DNA of 64,000 nt from Takakia lepidozioides. Its lineage: Eukaryota; Plantae; Bryophyta. The notes beneath the pieces were generated by a model that was not told where the DNA came from, searched no databases, and saw only the letters and a list, made by a program, of their open reading frames with translations. Of the stretch, positions 11,707 to 23,115 are shown piece after piece (position 1 is the first letter of the stretch; each line of letters begins with the position of its first letter). Made by a program: the position numbers and the translations under genes. The DNA is taken from NCBI GenBank assembly GCA_030704615.1, contig CM060731.1, forward strand, positions 16,306,001-16,370,000, given 5' to 3'.

Positions 11707-13276
11707 ATGTCCACCACAACTACGACTTCAGAGAGGTCAGAGAGTGCAGCTGGTGAGGCGGTAGATTCGCATGCAGGTGAAGTACTTGCGACGCAGACTC
11801 ATGATGTTGGGAGGAGACCTGGAAAGAGACCACGACAGACCAATTGGTCTGAAAGTGAAATGCACTGGCTTGCCGTGGCCAAGAAAGAGGAATGGCAGGC
11901 ATGGAAGGAATCTTCTGCCCGGGGGAATATGGTCGTGGACAGGGTCAAGTGGGAAAAGGTAGTTCGATTCTTGGAGAGCCACGGGGTGAGGGGCCGGGAT
12001 GTGGTCAGCTGCACCAACAAATGGAATATGATAGCAAAATTGTACAGAGATATCCGAGGACATCAGCTCCACGCGACAGGCAATCAGGATTATTGGGGCA
12101 TGGATGGCAAGGAGCGCGTAGCTCTAGCCTTCCAAAGGCATTCACCAAGGAGCTGTACAGCGATATGGACTTTTTGGCGGAGCGAGCATGCAATGCTCCG
12201 CGAGCCACTTCGAGCAGCACGCACATGCACATGCAGGTAATTTCTAATTTGCTTTGGTTGGCTCAAAATGCAGAAGTGGGAGCTGCCCAAATGCTGAATG
12301 AGGTGTTTTAAGTCTCCATGATAGTTCTATGAGACGAAATTACCGTGCCAAAGTAGAGTGCGATTCTTGAGGGTCTCTTTGAATGGAAGATAGGCATCTA
12401 ACTCTCCTTCTCTGTCAACAGCATAGACATCCTCCAACTCTAGTGCCCAGTCCTACAATAAGCAACGACATAGTCACTACAAACTCCACACACCTCTTAG
12501 TAGTTCTTTTTGTTAATTGAACATACACAGGATACAAGCCCAATTTTATATACAAAACCCTCTATTCTGTAGTGCTCATGTATTGTGTAATGTGCAAATA
12601 GCTATCAAAGTTTAAACAGGGACCCCGTCACAGGATTGTAGCCAGTTTCTACACTTGCAGAGGCTGCAAGCTCCAGGTACTTTGCATACAACAATGCCAG
12701 AACATTCAGGGCTAGACCCCTTGGAACCCTCATGGAATAAATATTCTAGCTGACCATGAATTCAAATTTAAGTTCCATTTTCTGGGCATGCAGATTGCCA
12801 TGGAGGTTGAGCCACCTGTCGTGCAAGTTGCGACCCCTACATCTCAGGTTGAGCTTCATGATCCGTCCTTGGAATAACCTGCAGCGGGTACTGAAGGATC
12901 GGATGCAAATGTCGAAGAACCTACAGTTCCACCTCGAGGACGGCCTCTAATTCCACGTTATACGCGCACATCGGCTGCTCCCTTTCCGAACTCCACGGGA
13001 AAGAAAAAGAAATCAACGGCTGGCGCTGACCTTCTGAATGCATTCAAAACTGCGAGTCTACTGAACTCACTCTACATTGACTTTGACATCAGGGATGTGT
13101 GGTTCATGGAAACCATGTTCGAGTTTGAGGTAAGAAAGGCTGAGATCGCTGAGCAAGAGGCATTAGTGGACCGACGAACCATGGTTAGCCACTTTGGGAG
13201 ACTTGTTGAGCATTTCGGGAATCTTGTGGACAAGCAGGGACGTCCAGGCCAACCCAATAGTGGAGATAACAGTTAG
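11707..13276 (+). pseudogene. Myb/SANT-like (trihelix-type) DNA-binding protein, PIF/Harbinger ORF1, disrupted
   Basis: NWSESEMHWLAVAK...KWEKVVRFL...SCTNKWNMIAKLYRDIR...DYWGM; frameshift near 12128; GT-AG intron ~12237-12793; in-frame stop near 12876; STGKKKK NLS-like motif. Confidence 0.8.
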
Positions 13277-13879
13277 AATTCTTTGTTAAACTGAGATGAA
13301 TGAGGCACATGTAGCTGGGAACACCTATTGTGTCTTCCAGGAATGACCGTTGTATGACCTTGACTGCAATAGTGTGTGCAATAGGAAGGGTATGTGCATA
13401 TCTTCATCGAGTGACAAGTGAGCCATTTCTTTGACTGTGACTTTGAGACATTTGATAATCTCTTTCACTTTTGTGATCTTGGTTGTGAAAAAACGCAGCT
13501 CACCCTCACTCTTGTGTTACCCTGGGATGTTTTGTTTCTTGAACTGCAATCTACTACTTGCTTCTGTCACTGCTGGCACATGACATTTCACATGGCAATT
13601 CTTCCATGTTGTCACTCGACAATGTAGTTCTTACATGCATCTTCCCACTATCATTCTTCCTCTTCGTGTGTGCGATTGCACCACTTCATTATGCTGCTCA
13701 GTGAGCAAGTAGTTCTTCGTTCTCTATGTATCGTGTGTGTGTGCATTTATGAATGCCGGTCTTCACCCTTATCCTCATGTACTCTGACCCTGAATCGCCA
13801 CAATCACACCTTTGAAGTAGGGCTGCAAGCTTGGAGGAGATTTTTTTGGGTCTTGACCTCTTCTCAGTGCTGGTTCTCA

Positions 13880-14480
13880 CGTTGCACCCAGGTGTTGGGT
13901 TTTGTGGGTGATTAAGATGTTTGTGTATGAAGCCAGGGCCTGCAAGATCTCAAAATGATAGAAATGGTAACCAAGAAGAAAGAAATGTTGGATTACACGT
14001 GTTGTTTGTGCACTGTTTCTACTGTTCATAGGAAACCTGTGTGCTTGTGTGTCTAGTTGGAAGAATGTTGATAATTTTGACTTATTCATTTGTATGGTTG
14101 CGGATGATTGCCACCATTGTCTTTGTCTTCCTTTAATCTGGCTGATGTGATTGACTAGTACATTTTCTTGGACAAATTTTCTAGTTGGTGGGTTAGAGTC
14201 CCCGGCATCCAAAGCCAATGTGAGATTGTTGTGATGGTGTGGACACAGGCAAGACCGTGCCAAGGCTGTTGACATCCTCGTGAAGGATCTCAAGGTGTTC
14301 TAGTCCTCTTTTAACGAGGAGCAATATAGGAGATTACCCAGCTTCTTAAAAACTTCAGGTTTGCCCAATGTTTTCTGAAAGCTCCCCCCCTATCTATTGT
14401 ATGCTTCATTGCCACGTAGGAGTGCGGTCTGTTGACTGGTCTCCTTAGGGCTTGGCATCAAATGACGGGTGTGTTTCCAA
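13880..14480 (-). mobile_element. Highly degraded LINE reverse-transcriptase fragment
   Basis: Traces in the expected order: SPILLLV (cf. LSPLLF), LDAGDSN (cf. LFADDT), IQMNKSK (cf. INxxKS); many stops. Confidence 0.35.
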
Positions 14481-15057
14481 GACTTGCTGAAGCTGATTCT
14501 TGTCGGGAAATTAGAAATCTATGTTCAGCTTTGTATTGCTGGGATTTTCACTCATGTATGTTGCTCCAATGTCACAGGCAGAGAAAAGATACATGAAAAG
14601 ATCTGTTTTTAAAGAGTGCTCACTTTTGACTCTTAAAGTTGCTAGCCAGTAGTTTCAGAGCTTTTGACTCTGAAAGCTTGCTGGCACAGGTAGTTGCCAA
14701 ACACTTCAGGTGCTCAGTGTTTGTCCTCAACCATCATGTGACTGATATTCCCCATTGTTGAATGTCACTAATGGATGAACGATTCCCTTACAACATAGAT
14801 CTAGACATTCTCACTCGAAGCAATGACATAGCCCAAACATTGTGAATGATTGGCGGAGTGACCACATTAAGCAACTCTCGAGGTCAATGTGACGCAAGAG
14901 CCTGTCATTGAACCAACACTTTTCAACCTCTCAAATGGGGCCTTTCAGAGTGCAGTGAGGCCTTTAAGACGAAGAAAACGTACTACAGACAGCTCTGTAG
15001 GTGCCCAAGATGGTGGAACGGCACTGGAAAACAACTCAACTGGATCAGGTGGCTCAG

Positions 15058-16240
15058 GTGGATCAGGGGAGACGATTTTACTGGCCACTGCCAGTGCTGA
15101 TGGAAGGTGAGACCACACCCTCTTGCTTTCCTATATATTAGAACTGGGTTTTCCAGTATAGTGACATGATTAAATAAGCCCGATACATGTATAGGGGTTG
15201 ATGATCTTTGGCACACATGAGTTGTCATTGACCCTTGGCAGGAGGTCAAGCTGAAATAGTATTTGTTCTTGTGATTGCAAATTAAACTATTAGCAGCTTA
15301 AAGCTCTATGGTCCTTTCAAGTGCAACTTTGTCATGCTGGTGATTGGCAAGTCCCAAAACCAGACAGGCAGAATGCATGTGCTGAATTACCTGTTGTTAT
15401 TGATTTAACAGCCCTAGGTTTTTGAGAATTTGTAACATTATAGAACATAGCAATCGTCCCCTTGCTACACAAGACAACATGATTACATGACCCCTGCCAA
15501 AACGGTCCAACTGTTGTTGTATACTAAACTGGCATGGTCAATGCCTGAAGAAGATTTGAAAATTTTATGTTCTGCCTCTGGTCACCACCAATTGGACGCA
15601 GAGTAGTAGCATTGAGTAGAGCTCTAAAAGGCGTGGTATGGTGGAAGTGGCTCTCTACACAGTCCAAAGTCTACCTTGTCTAAGGCTGAATGTTAAAATC
15701 AACATTCTCCCAGTCACTATAACATTCATCATTCCAATATTTATCCTTGGCAGGTAGCAGATGCAGATCTTGTCCCCGTGAGTTCACTTGCACTCATTGT
15801 ATCGGAAGTGGTCCCAACAAGAGTGCTTTTGGCGGTTGGAAAAGGGTCAGGGAAAATTGCTGCGTGGGAATTTGACATGTCATGGTACTGTTGCCAAATG
15901 GCGAGCCACCTGCGGGCACATGATCGAGTGGTAAGAATCTACTGTCCATCGAGTGTGGTTAAGTTGACCGTAGTCTCTAGAGTCTGATCATCCTAGGTGA
16001 GATGATGAACCCTGTTATATTAGGAGATCCCTTTCGGACATCATACTGGACGAAATCAATTAGCAGTCAGAAAGCCAATACAGTGTCCATTGCCTGTACT
16101 CATTTCTGAGGAAATTTATCCATTAAAGTATGCTCCTGATGTAAATACTTTTATCTTCCATGAAACAAGCAGCACTCATCTGGGCTCAGGGTTATGGTGG
16201 TAGGTGACAGGACGGATATGGACGCATGATGGGCGACAGC
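15058..16240 (+). pseudogene. Intron-containing fragment of a WD40 gene resembling plant TFIIIC-delta/GTF3C4
   Basis: Exons 15058-15106, 15297-~15340, 15754-15930 and 16204-~16240 with GT-AG ends read LLATASADG/SLKLYG ... VPVSSLAL...LLAVGKGSGKIAAW...AHDRV/VTGRIWTHDGR; family call is from recalled similarity. Confidence 0.65.
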
Positions 16241-16826
16241 GCCTCATAATAGACATGTAGACACATAACTTTGCTTGCAACCCTTCTAGTAAGAAGGTGT
16301 GCTGCCAGGCATTGTTGCCAATTAATTCCTGGAATAAACTCTGGCTTTCCTCAGTCAATGATACTGCAGGTTCTAGAGAAAGATAAAGGTCTAGAGAAAG
16401 GTATCGATCATTGTTATGAACCTACTCAGGTTTCATGTACAGAGTGTCTAACTTCTGAGGGCAGGAACACAAAACTTGCTTTTTTATCTCAGCCACCAAC
16501 ATTTGCAAGGATGTCGTCTGAAAATGAAAGAGAATGAGAAAAAATGAAGGAAAAATGGAGTTGACCTACCATCACCCATTCACAAATCTCCAAAGCCTCC
16601 CTGCCATACCCAGTACATAAACAGAGTACACATTAGTTCGCCACTAATTCTGAATTTCATCTTCATGCTCAAGCAACACGGTCTCTCTTTCAAACTTCAG
16701 ACCCTTGATTTCAGATTTGGAGACGTTAAAATATGTTTGTGTGAAAGGTCATCATGCTCTCATATGGCCACAAAAGAATCCATGAAATGTTAAAAAAATT
16801 AAAAATCCTCGAAAGCACTAACCTTA

Positions 16827-18182
16827 TCATGCGTGTAAAATGTGACGACAAACAATCTCTCGTAGCTCAGCACCTATATTCAGGCCCCTGTCGACAGCTG
16901 GCTCTTGATCATGAGCTAGGTGATCTCGCTCCCTGATTGCTTCAAGCGCATCCATCTCGTTGAATACATCCTCAAAATCCACTTCTTTGAAGTCCACAAG
17001 TATGTTGTAAAGGATGCAACATGCATGGACCACATGTGGTAGAAATGTAATATCAAGGCCACTTCTCCAACCCACTTCTTTGAAGGTACCTTTGAGCCGT
17101 CCAAATGCAATCTCAGCATAAATCCTCGTTTTTTACAACTGATGGTTGAACACGGTCTTGGCTCTAGAGAGTGCTGGAGCATTGGCAGCTCTTTTGTAGC
17201 TAGGGATCAGCCAAGGAAGGCAGGGATATATGGCATCCCCGAGAAGGATAGGTGGGATAGTCTGGCCATTGTCCAGAATAACACTTTCTCCCCGCAATAT
17301 AGTTCCTTGAGAAGCCGGATAGAAGAGTGGGGAGTTGCGCAACACTCTCGAGTCATTCATACTTCCCGGCTCCCCAACATAAATATCTACAAATTTTGCA
17401 CTAGGATTGACAACACCCTGCAACACCATTGAGTAGTATCCAAGTCTATTGCGATAGTCGAGTTTGATATTGTTTGCAGGGGCTTGAATCCTGATTTGCG
17501 TACAATCGATTACACCCACTACATTTGGAATTCCAGATCTACGTTCGTTTTCGAGCATGGATGTCTTTAGGGTATCACCAGCCTCCCATCGAAGGTGGTG
17601 ACCTAACACAGACACAATAGTAGGTACAACTTGACGTAAGAGCTCATATAGTGTCGCTGCACCAATTCCAAATGCTTCTGTCATTTCAGCAGTAGTTGCT
17701 GCCCATATCAATTTGTATAATACAGCCCCGACCCGCATGGGAACAGATAAGCATTTGCGATAGTTAGTGTCTTGCAGAGATATCGAAGGAGCAAGAGCAT
17801 TGCATAGCCAGTTGAAGGTACCTGAACTCATTTTCATGATCATGAGCCATCGAGCATCGTCATACTCCAATAGAAATTCCTGAAACCATGCTCGAGACCT
17901 ATGCTTCACCCACATCCCAGATGAAATGCAACCTCTAGGTTTGCAAAACTTGATAATGAAAAGTGTGTCAAGCGCTGAATGCCATTGCTGGATGCATTGG
18001 TCAAGGGAATCATCTTCGTCCACGTCCATTCCATGGACTTGGGAAAGTGACGCATCCACATGCAAACTTGGTGTCTTGGACCCTAACCCAAAGAGCTCTG
18101 GAAACTGATCCATCATGTATTGCATGAGGACGAGAATCTCAGCAAATGCTAAGAAGACATCCTTGTCCATCATGGGTTCCAT
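16827..18182 (-). mobile_element. PIF/Harbinger DDE transposase (HARBI1-like) with one premature stop
   Basis: GVIDCTQI (D), GSMNDSRVL, LLGDAIYP (D), FNHQL*KTRIYAEIAFGRLKG (E), ACCILYN; ORFs 17133..18182 and 16827..17075 are in the same frame, separated by TAA at 17133-17135. Confidence 0.92.
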
Positions 18183-18904
18183 CCTGTGAGTTAGGCCCCC
18201 ACCTCTTGCTTGGAAAATAGAATATTATGACAGCCTTCTCGTCCCAAAATGTTCAACAGTTGCTCTCCAAATTCTTGTTTCCCAACACATTCCCGGTACC
18301 AACCCCATTTAAGTCTTCTAGTAAAAGAAGCATGAGATGATGATTGACCCTTCACTCAGAGCTGCTTGATGGTAAATGCCATCAAATCTAAACTATTTGA
18401 CCATGGATAGAGAAGTGGCTCAGGTTGGACTAATTAACCAACCCTCATATCCGAGCTTATCCATAACACTTGGGGTAGACTGGAATCAGCGTGCTCCAAT
18501 TGATTTCAAGAAGAAATGATCCGAACATGTAAGGTACACCAAGATCATTGACTCTTTCTTTACCTGGTTTGGCATTCAAGAAGCAAACTTTTCAGATACG
18601 ACATGGAGATTCCTTGCAAACAGAATCCTCCTACCAATTATGTAGTCCTGAAGGTGCTGTGCCTATGGCATTGGATTATACTTCATGCGTGCAGTGTATT
18701 TACCTGGGTAGGAACAAACAGCTGACGAGGGTTGATTTCAAACTTCTGACCCAAAGTCATGTCTTCAACATCTTGGCAGCTCACTCCATCAACGGTGAAG
18801 CTAAGCGGACACTCCACGCACTAGTTCATCACAAAAATCAAGTTCAGAATCTGTGACACCTATCCTGAGTTGTTGAAATACCAAACTAACTCATTCCTGC
18901 ATTC

Positions 18905-20950
18905 AGAGTTCCCCTTCGGCACGTAGAGACGCTTTTGCTTATACCGGAGCAGTCCATTTTGTAAGTGGAAGTGCGATTTAACCCCCATCCTCAAGTCCTG
19001 CATCACGGACTTCGCCAGCTCATCCTTCTGGCAAGCCTTCCAGATCTTCCTTTGGAGCGCCGTCTCGCCCTTGTACACCAACAAGAGCTGATGCTTTCTA
19101 CTTAAAGCATCGGCCACCACGTTGTCTCGTCTCGATTTGTACTGGATATCCACGTCGAACACCGCCAAAGTATCTTGCCACCTAAGTTGTTTTGGGGACA
19201 ACTTGGGCTGCGTGGCAAAATACTTCACCGTGACATTGTCCGTGAACACCTTCACTGGGTTGGAACCAACATAGTGGCGCCAAAGCTCAAGACAGTGCAC
19301 CACCGCCTTCATCTCTTTCTCATGTGTCGGCCACCGTCGCTCCACTTCATTCAGTTTCTTACTTTCGTAAGCCACTGGACGTCCATCTTGCATCAGTACA
19401 CCCCCAATCGCGAAGTCCGACGCATCTGTATGTATCTCGAACGGACGATCGAACTCCGGGATTTTCAAGACTGGAGCTTCCACCATCCGTTGCTTCAATT
19501 CAGCAAAAGCTTGGCCACAAAAGGTGTTCCATGCCCAGACTTTAGATTTACACAGAAGGTCTGACAACGACCCCGCGATTTTGGCGAAATTTCTCACATA
19601 CTTCCGGTAATAGGAGGCGAGTCCTAGGAAGGATCGCACTCCCGGGACCGAAGTCGGAGGCTCCCAGTCCAAGATCGCCCTCACCTTTCTGTCATCCATT
19701 TTGATCCCATCCTGTGTAATTACATGCCCCAGGAACTCCACTTTTATGACCCCGAATTCGCACTTTGAAGCTTTGGCATATAGCTTCCCTTCTCGCAATT
19801 TCTGGAACACCCTTTTGAGGTGCTCCAGGTGCTCCTCCTTTGTTTTCGAATACACCAAGATGTTGTCGATGTACACGATCACAAAGTCATCCAACCACTC
19901 CTGGAAAAGGCTGTTCATCAGCGTGCTAAATGTCGCTGGTGCATTGGTGAGCCCAAAAGGCATCACCAAGAACTCATATGAACCATACATTGTCCTGCAC
20001 GCGGTCTTCTCCTCATCTCCTTCCGCCACTTGAATTTGATGATAGCCGGAGCGCAGATCGATCCGGCTGAAATACTTCGCTCCTGCCAACCGATCGAAAA
20101 GGTCGTCGATCCTTGGCAAAGGGTACCGGTTTTTGATAGTCACCTTATTCAGAGCCCTGTAATCGACACACATCCGCAGCGTCCCATCCTTTTTATTTGC
20201 AAATAGCACCGGGGCTCCGTAAGGTGACTTACTCGGCCGGATGTACCCCTTTGACATTAGATCTTTGAGCTGAATCTTCAGCTCGACCAACTCTCTGTGG
20301 CTCAACCGGTAGGGCGCCTTGGCAGGCGGTTCCGATCCCGGTATTACCTCAATCTTGTGGTCAACTCCTCTTCGCGGTGGCAAGCCGCTTGGCAAATCCT
20401 CCGGCATCACATCATGGTATTTCTCCAAAATCCCCTTGATCCAATCTGGGCTCGGCTCTCCATCGCCTTCTCCCTTCACTTCTCTCATGTAGAGCAAAAA
20501 CTGGGGCTCGTGTGCCTCCTCCACGGCCCACTCCCTTGCTGATAGAAGGTTTATTCGCCCTCCCACGGGTTTGGGCGTTTCCGAAACTCGTAAGACCTCG
20601 CCACCATTCCAACATGGCAGCGTGACTACCCTCTTGCGGCCATCTATGACCGCTCCGGATTTGCTCAAAAATGTCATCCCCAAAATGAGATCCACTCCAT
20701 CGATCTCGCAGACGGTGAAATTCTCGCGTCCCTCCCAACTCCCCAGTTGAAGAGGAACATCGAACGCCAACCTCGTCGCCAATTGCGGTTCTCCTTTGGC
20801 AGAACGCACCTCAATAGAGGCCCCTACGTCAGTTGTCGGGAGTCCCAGCTTTTGTGCCGTTGCCGGTGTCATGAAGGAGTGCGACGCTCCTGTGTCCACC
20901 AACAATTACACGTTAGTTCCGGATATTATCCCATCCACGAACAATAAGTG
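18905..20950 (-). mobile_element. Ty3/Gypsy pol: protease, RT and RNase H, truncated at the start of integrase
   Basis: [55 protein letters not shown]; ends at LYVPKG before the integrase HHCC. Confidence 0.95.
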
Positions 20951-22168
20951 ACTCCTTTACGCAATGCGCCAGTTTCCTGATACAACTCACAAGAATATTT
21001 GCCTACCTTGCAAGTCCTGGCGACCACCGCTTCCACCAAGCGACTGATGGTATCTTCCGACAGCTCTGTGGTCGCCCGAGTCATGTTCAATTGCCGGGGC
21101 TTCGTGCACTTCTTGGCCATGTGCCCGGGCTCCCCACAATTGAAACACACTCCATCAAAGGTTGCCTTCTGTCCGCCATAGGCCGCTCCACCCGCTTTTC
21201 CTTTCGAAGCACCGGGTGCCGCCTTGACTTGTGATGGCTCTCCCTTCGATTTCCACATGCTGTTGTCGCCGCGTGGCCTATCCCACTTCTTTTCCGGTCG
21301 GAAGGAGTCACCTTCCCGCCGGGTCTTCTTGTGGTTTAGCTCCGTACGGCCTTGTCTTTCATCCCTAGGGACATCTGAGAAACATTCAGCCCTCTCAATT
21401 GCCTCGTTCAAAGTCTTAGGTGGCTTCTCCTCCAACTTCCGCCTGGCCCATGGGGCCAACCCCGCCACAAAGTTGAAGACCATTTCTGGTTCCGCCATAT
21501 CTGCGACTTCGAGCAACAACACATTGAAAGCCTGGACATATCCCCGAATGTCATCTGTTTGCTTCAAATTCCTCATCTTGTCCCGGGCAAGCCAGGACGC
21601 ATTGAGGGGCACAAACTGTCTCTTCATCAATTCCTTGAACCCACTCCAGTTCAAGGTTTCCGGACTGGGACCTCGGTCGTGAAGGCGTTTCTGCCACCAT
21701 TGTTGAGCATAGCCCCTCAAATAGGTGGGAGCCACTTCCACCCGATCCTCATCACTCAACTTGGCCGCCCGGAAGTACTGCTCTAGCTCCAAGAGCCAGG
21801 TGTTGAGTGCCTTCCGACTTCGGACGCCCTCGAAGGTGCCGGGTTCCTTAGGCTTCACCTTAAACTTTGCCTTAGTGGAAGTGGCATTAGCCGCCCTCAA
21901 CACGTCTTTCAGCGTCCCGCCAAACTGCGCCAACAACCCTTCCCAAAAGGCTGCCGGCATGGGAGGCATCTGTTGGTCGGTCGGAGCTCTCACGGATTCC
22001 TCGGGCTCCGACTCCTCGGATTCCTCCCGCTCTTGAGCGGCCTCGTTTTCGGAAACGTGCATCGCTCCCTCAAACGGCCGCCTCGGTGACACGTCGCCCC
22101 CATCGGGCTCACTAGGATCATCATCTTTTGGGCCGTTCCGCTTTCGCTTTGGCTTGCCCGACCCCATG
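20926..22168 (-). mobile_element. Ty3/Gypsy gag
   Basis: Retrotrans_gag-like segment (YLRGYAQQWW...LKQTDDIRGYVQAF) and CFNCGEPGHMAKKC knuckle. Confidence 0.92.
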
Positions 22169-22208
22169 ATGAGGCCAATCCCAAGGACGATCGTGTACTG
22201 AACTCTAA

Positions 22209-22220
22209 GCTCTGATACCA
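22209..22220 (-). other. Primer-binding site for initiator tRNA-Met
   Basis: TGGTATCAGAGC on the minus strand, 2 nt inside the LTR end. Confidence 0.92.
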
Positions 22221-22222
22221 AG

Positions 22223-22949
22223 TGTCACGCACCTCACTTCGGTAAGCTCCCCTTCAAGTCATAGATACTCACTTTGATGCGCGCGCCTGACTCCCAACCT
22301 GGCCGCCCGGGCCAACTTGGAGCTTCGGCTGCTCACCGGGACATAACGGTCCCCCTTCGCTCTCCCACTAAACCTTCCACCTATTTGGGCCTAGTGGAAT
22401 TCCCTTTGGTTGATGGCAGTCCGGAACAGCTCCCCACTCTTTGGTCGCTTTCCGGCTCGCACGCTTACTCACTAGTTTTTGGTCACCAACGGGCTTGCAA
22501 CCGTTCTCGGGGTTACTACTCCCTATATATACTTCTGTAGCTGTCCGCGGGGGTTTCACAACCAGCCATGCCATTTTATGGCGAACCACCACGAAAACCC
22601 TCAACTCCCGGTGATGAGTCGCGGTGAGTCTTGGCCCACTCACCACGACCCCTATGGACCGTGATGAGTCCCAAGACTCCCCACGACTCCCACCACGAGG
22701 TCTCCGCCCCCATGGTGAGTCGTATGCCACCCCCACTAAGTCCCGCTAAGCTACCACCACCCCTTGTGGAGCCACCCCCACCGCAACCCGTGTGCGGGGC
22801 TCCACCTAGTGAGCGCCTCCGCCTCCTTGAGTGCCTTGGGCACTCAAGGGTGCTTCAGCCCCCCATACCTATCGCTGCCGCTGCCCCCACCACAGGGGCA
22901 GCCCCTCATGTGTCCCGACCCCCTGCCCTTAAGGCAAAGGGCCGCGACA
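22223..22949 (-). mobile_element. 5' LTR of the Gypsy element (~727 bp)
   Basis: Plus strand starts TGTCACGC and ends CCGCGACA (TG...CA with imperfect inverted ends); TATATATA near 22524; abuts the PBS; outer edge inferred because no second LTR is present. Confidence 0.72.
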
Positions 22950-23115
22950 ACAACGCACGCACTCCCGCAAGAAATCGGGAGTCACTTCGTTTTTCTACTT
23001 TTCATTAGAGGGAGAGTGGTAGTCAAGCTGGAGAGGGTTCCTTCTACAATACGAAAGAGAAGAAAGTCTCTTTATTTTACTTCCCTTAGAGAGAGACGCA
23101 AAGCAGAAGAGCAAA

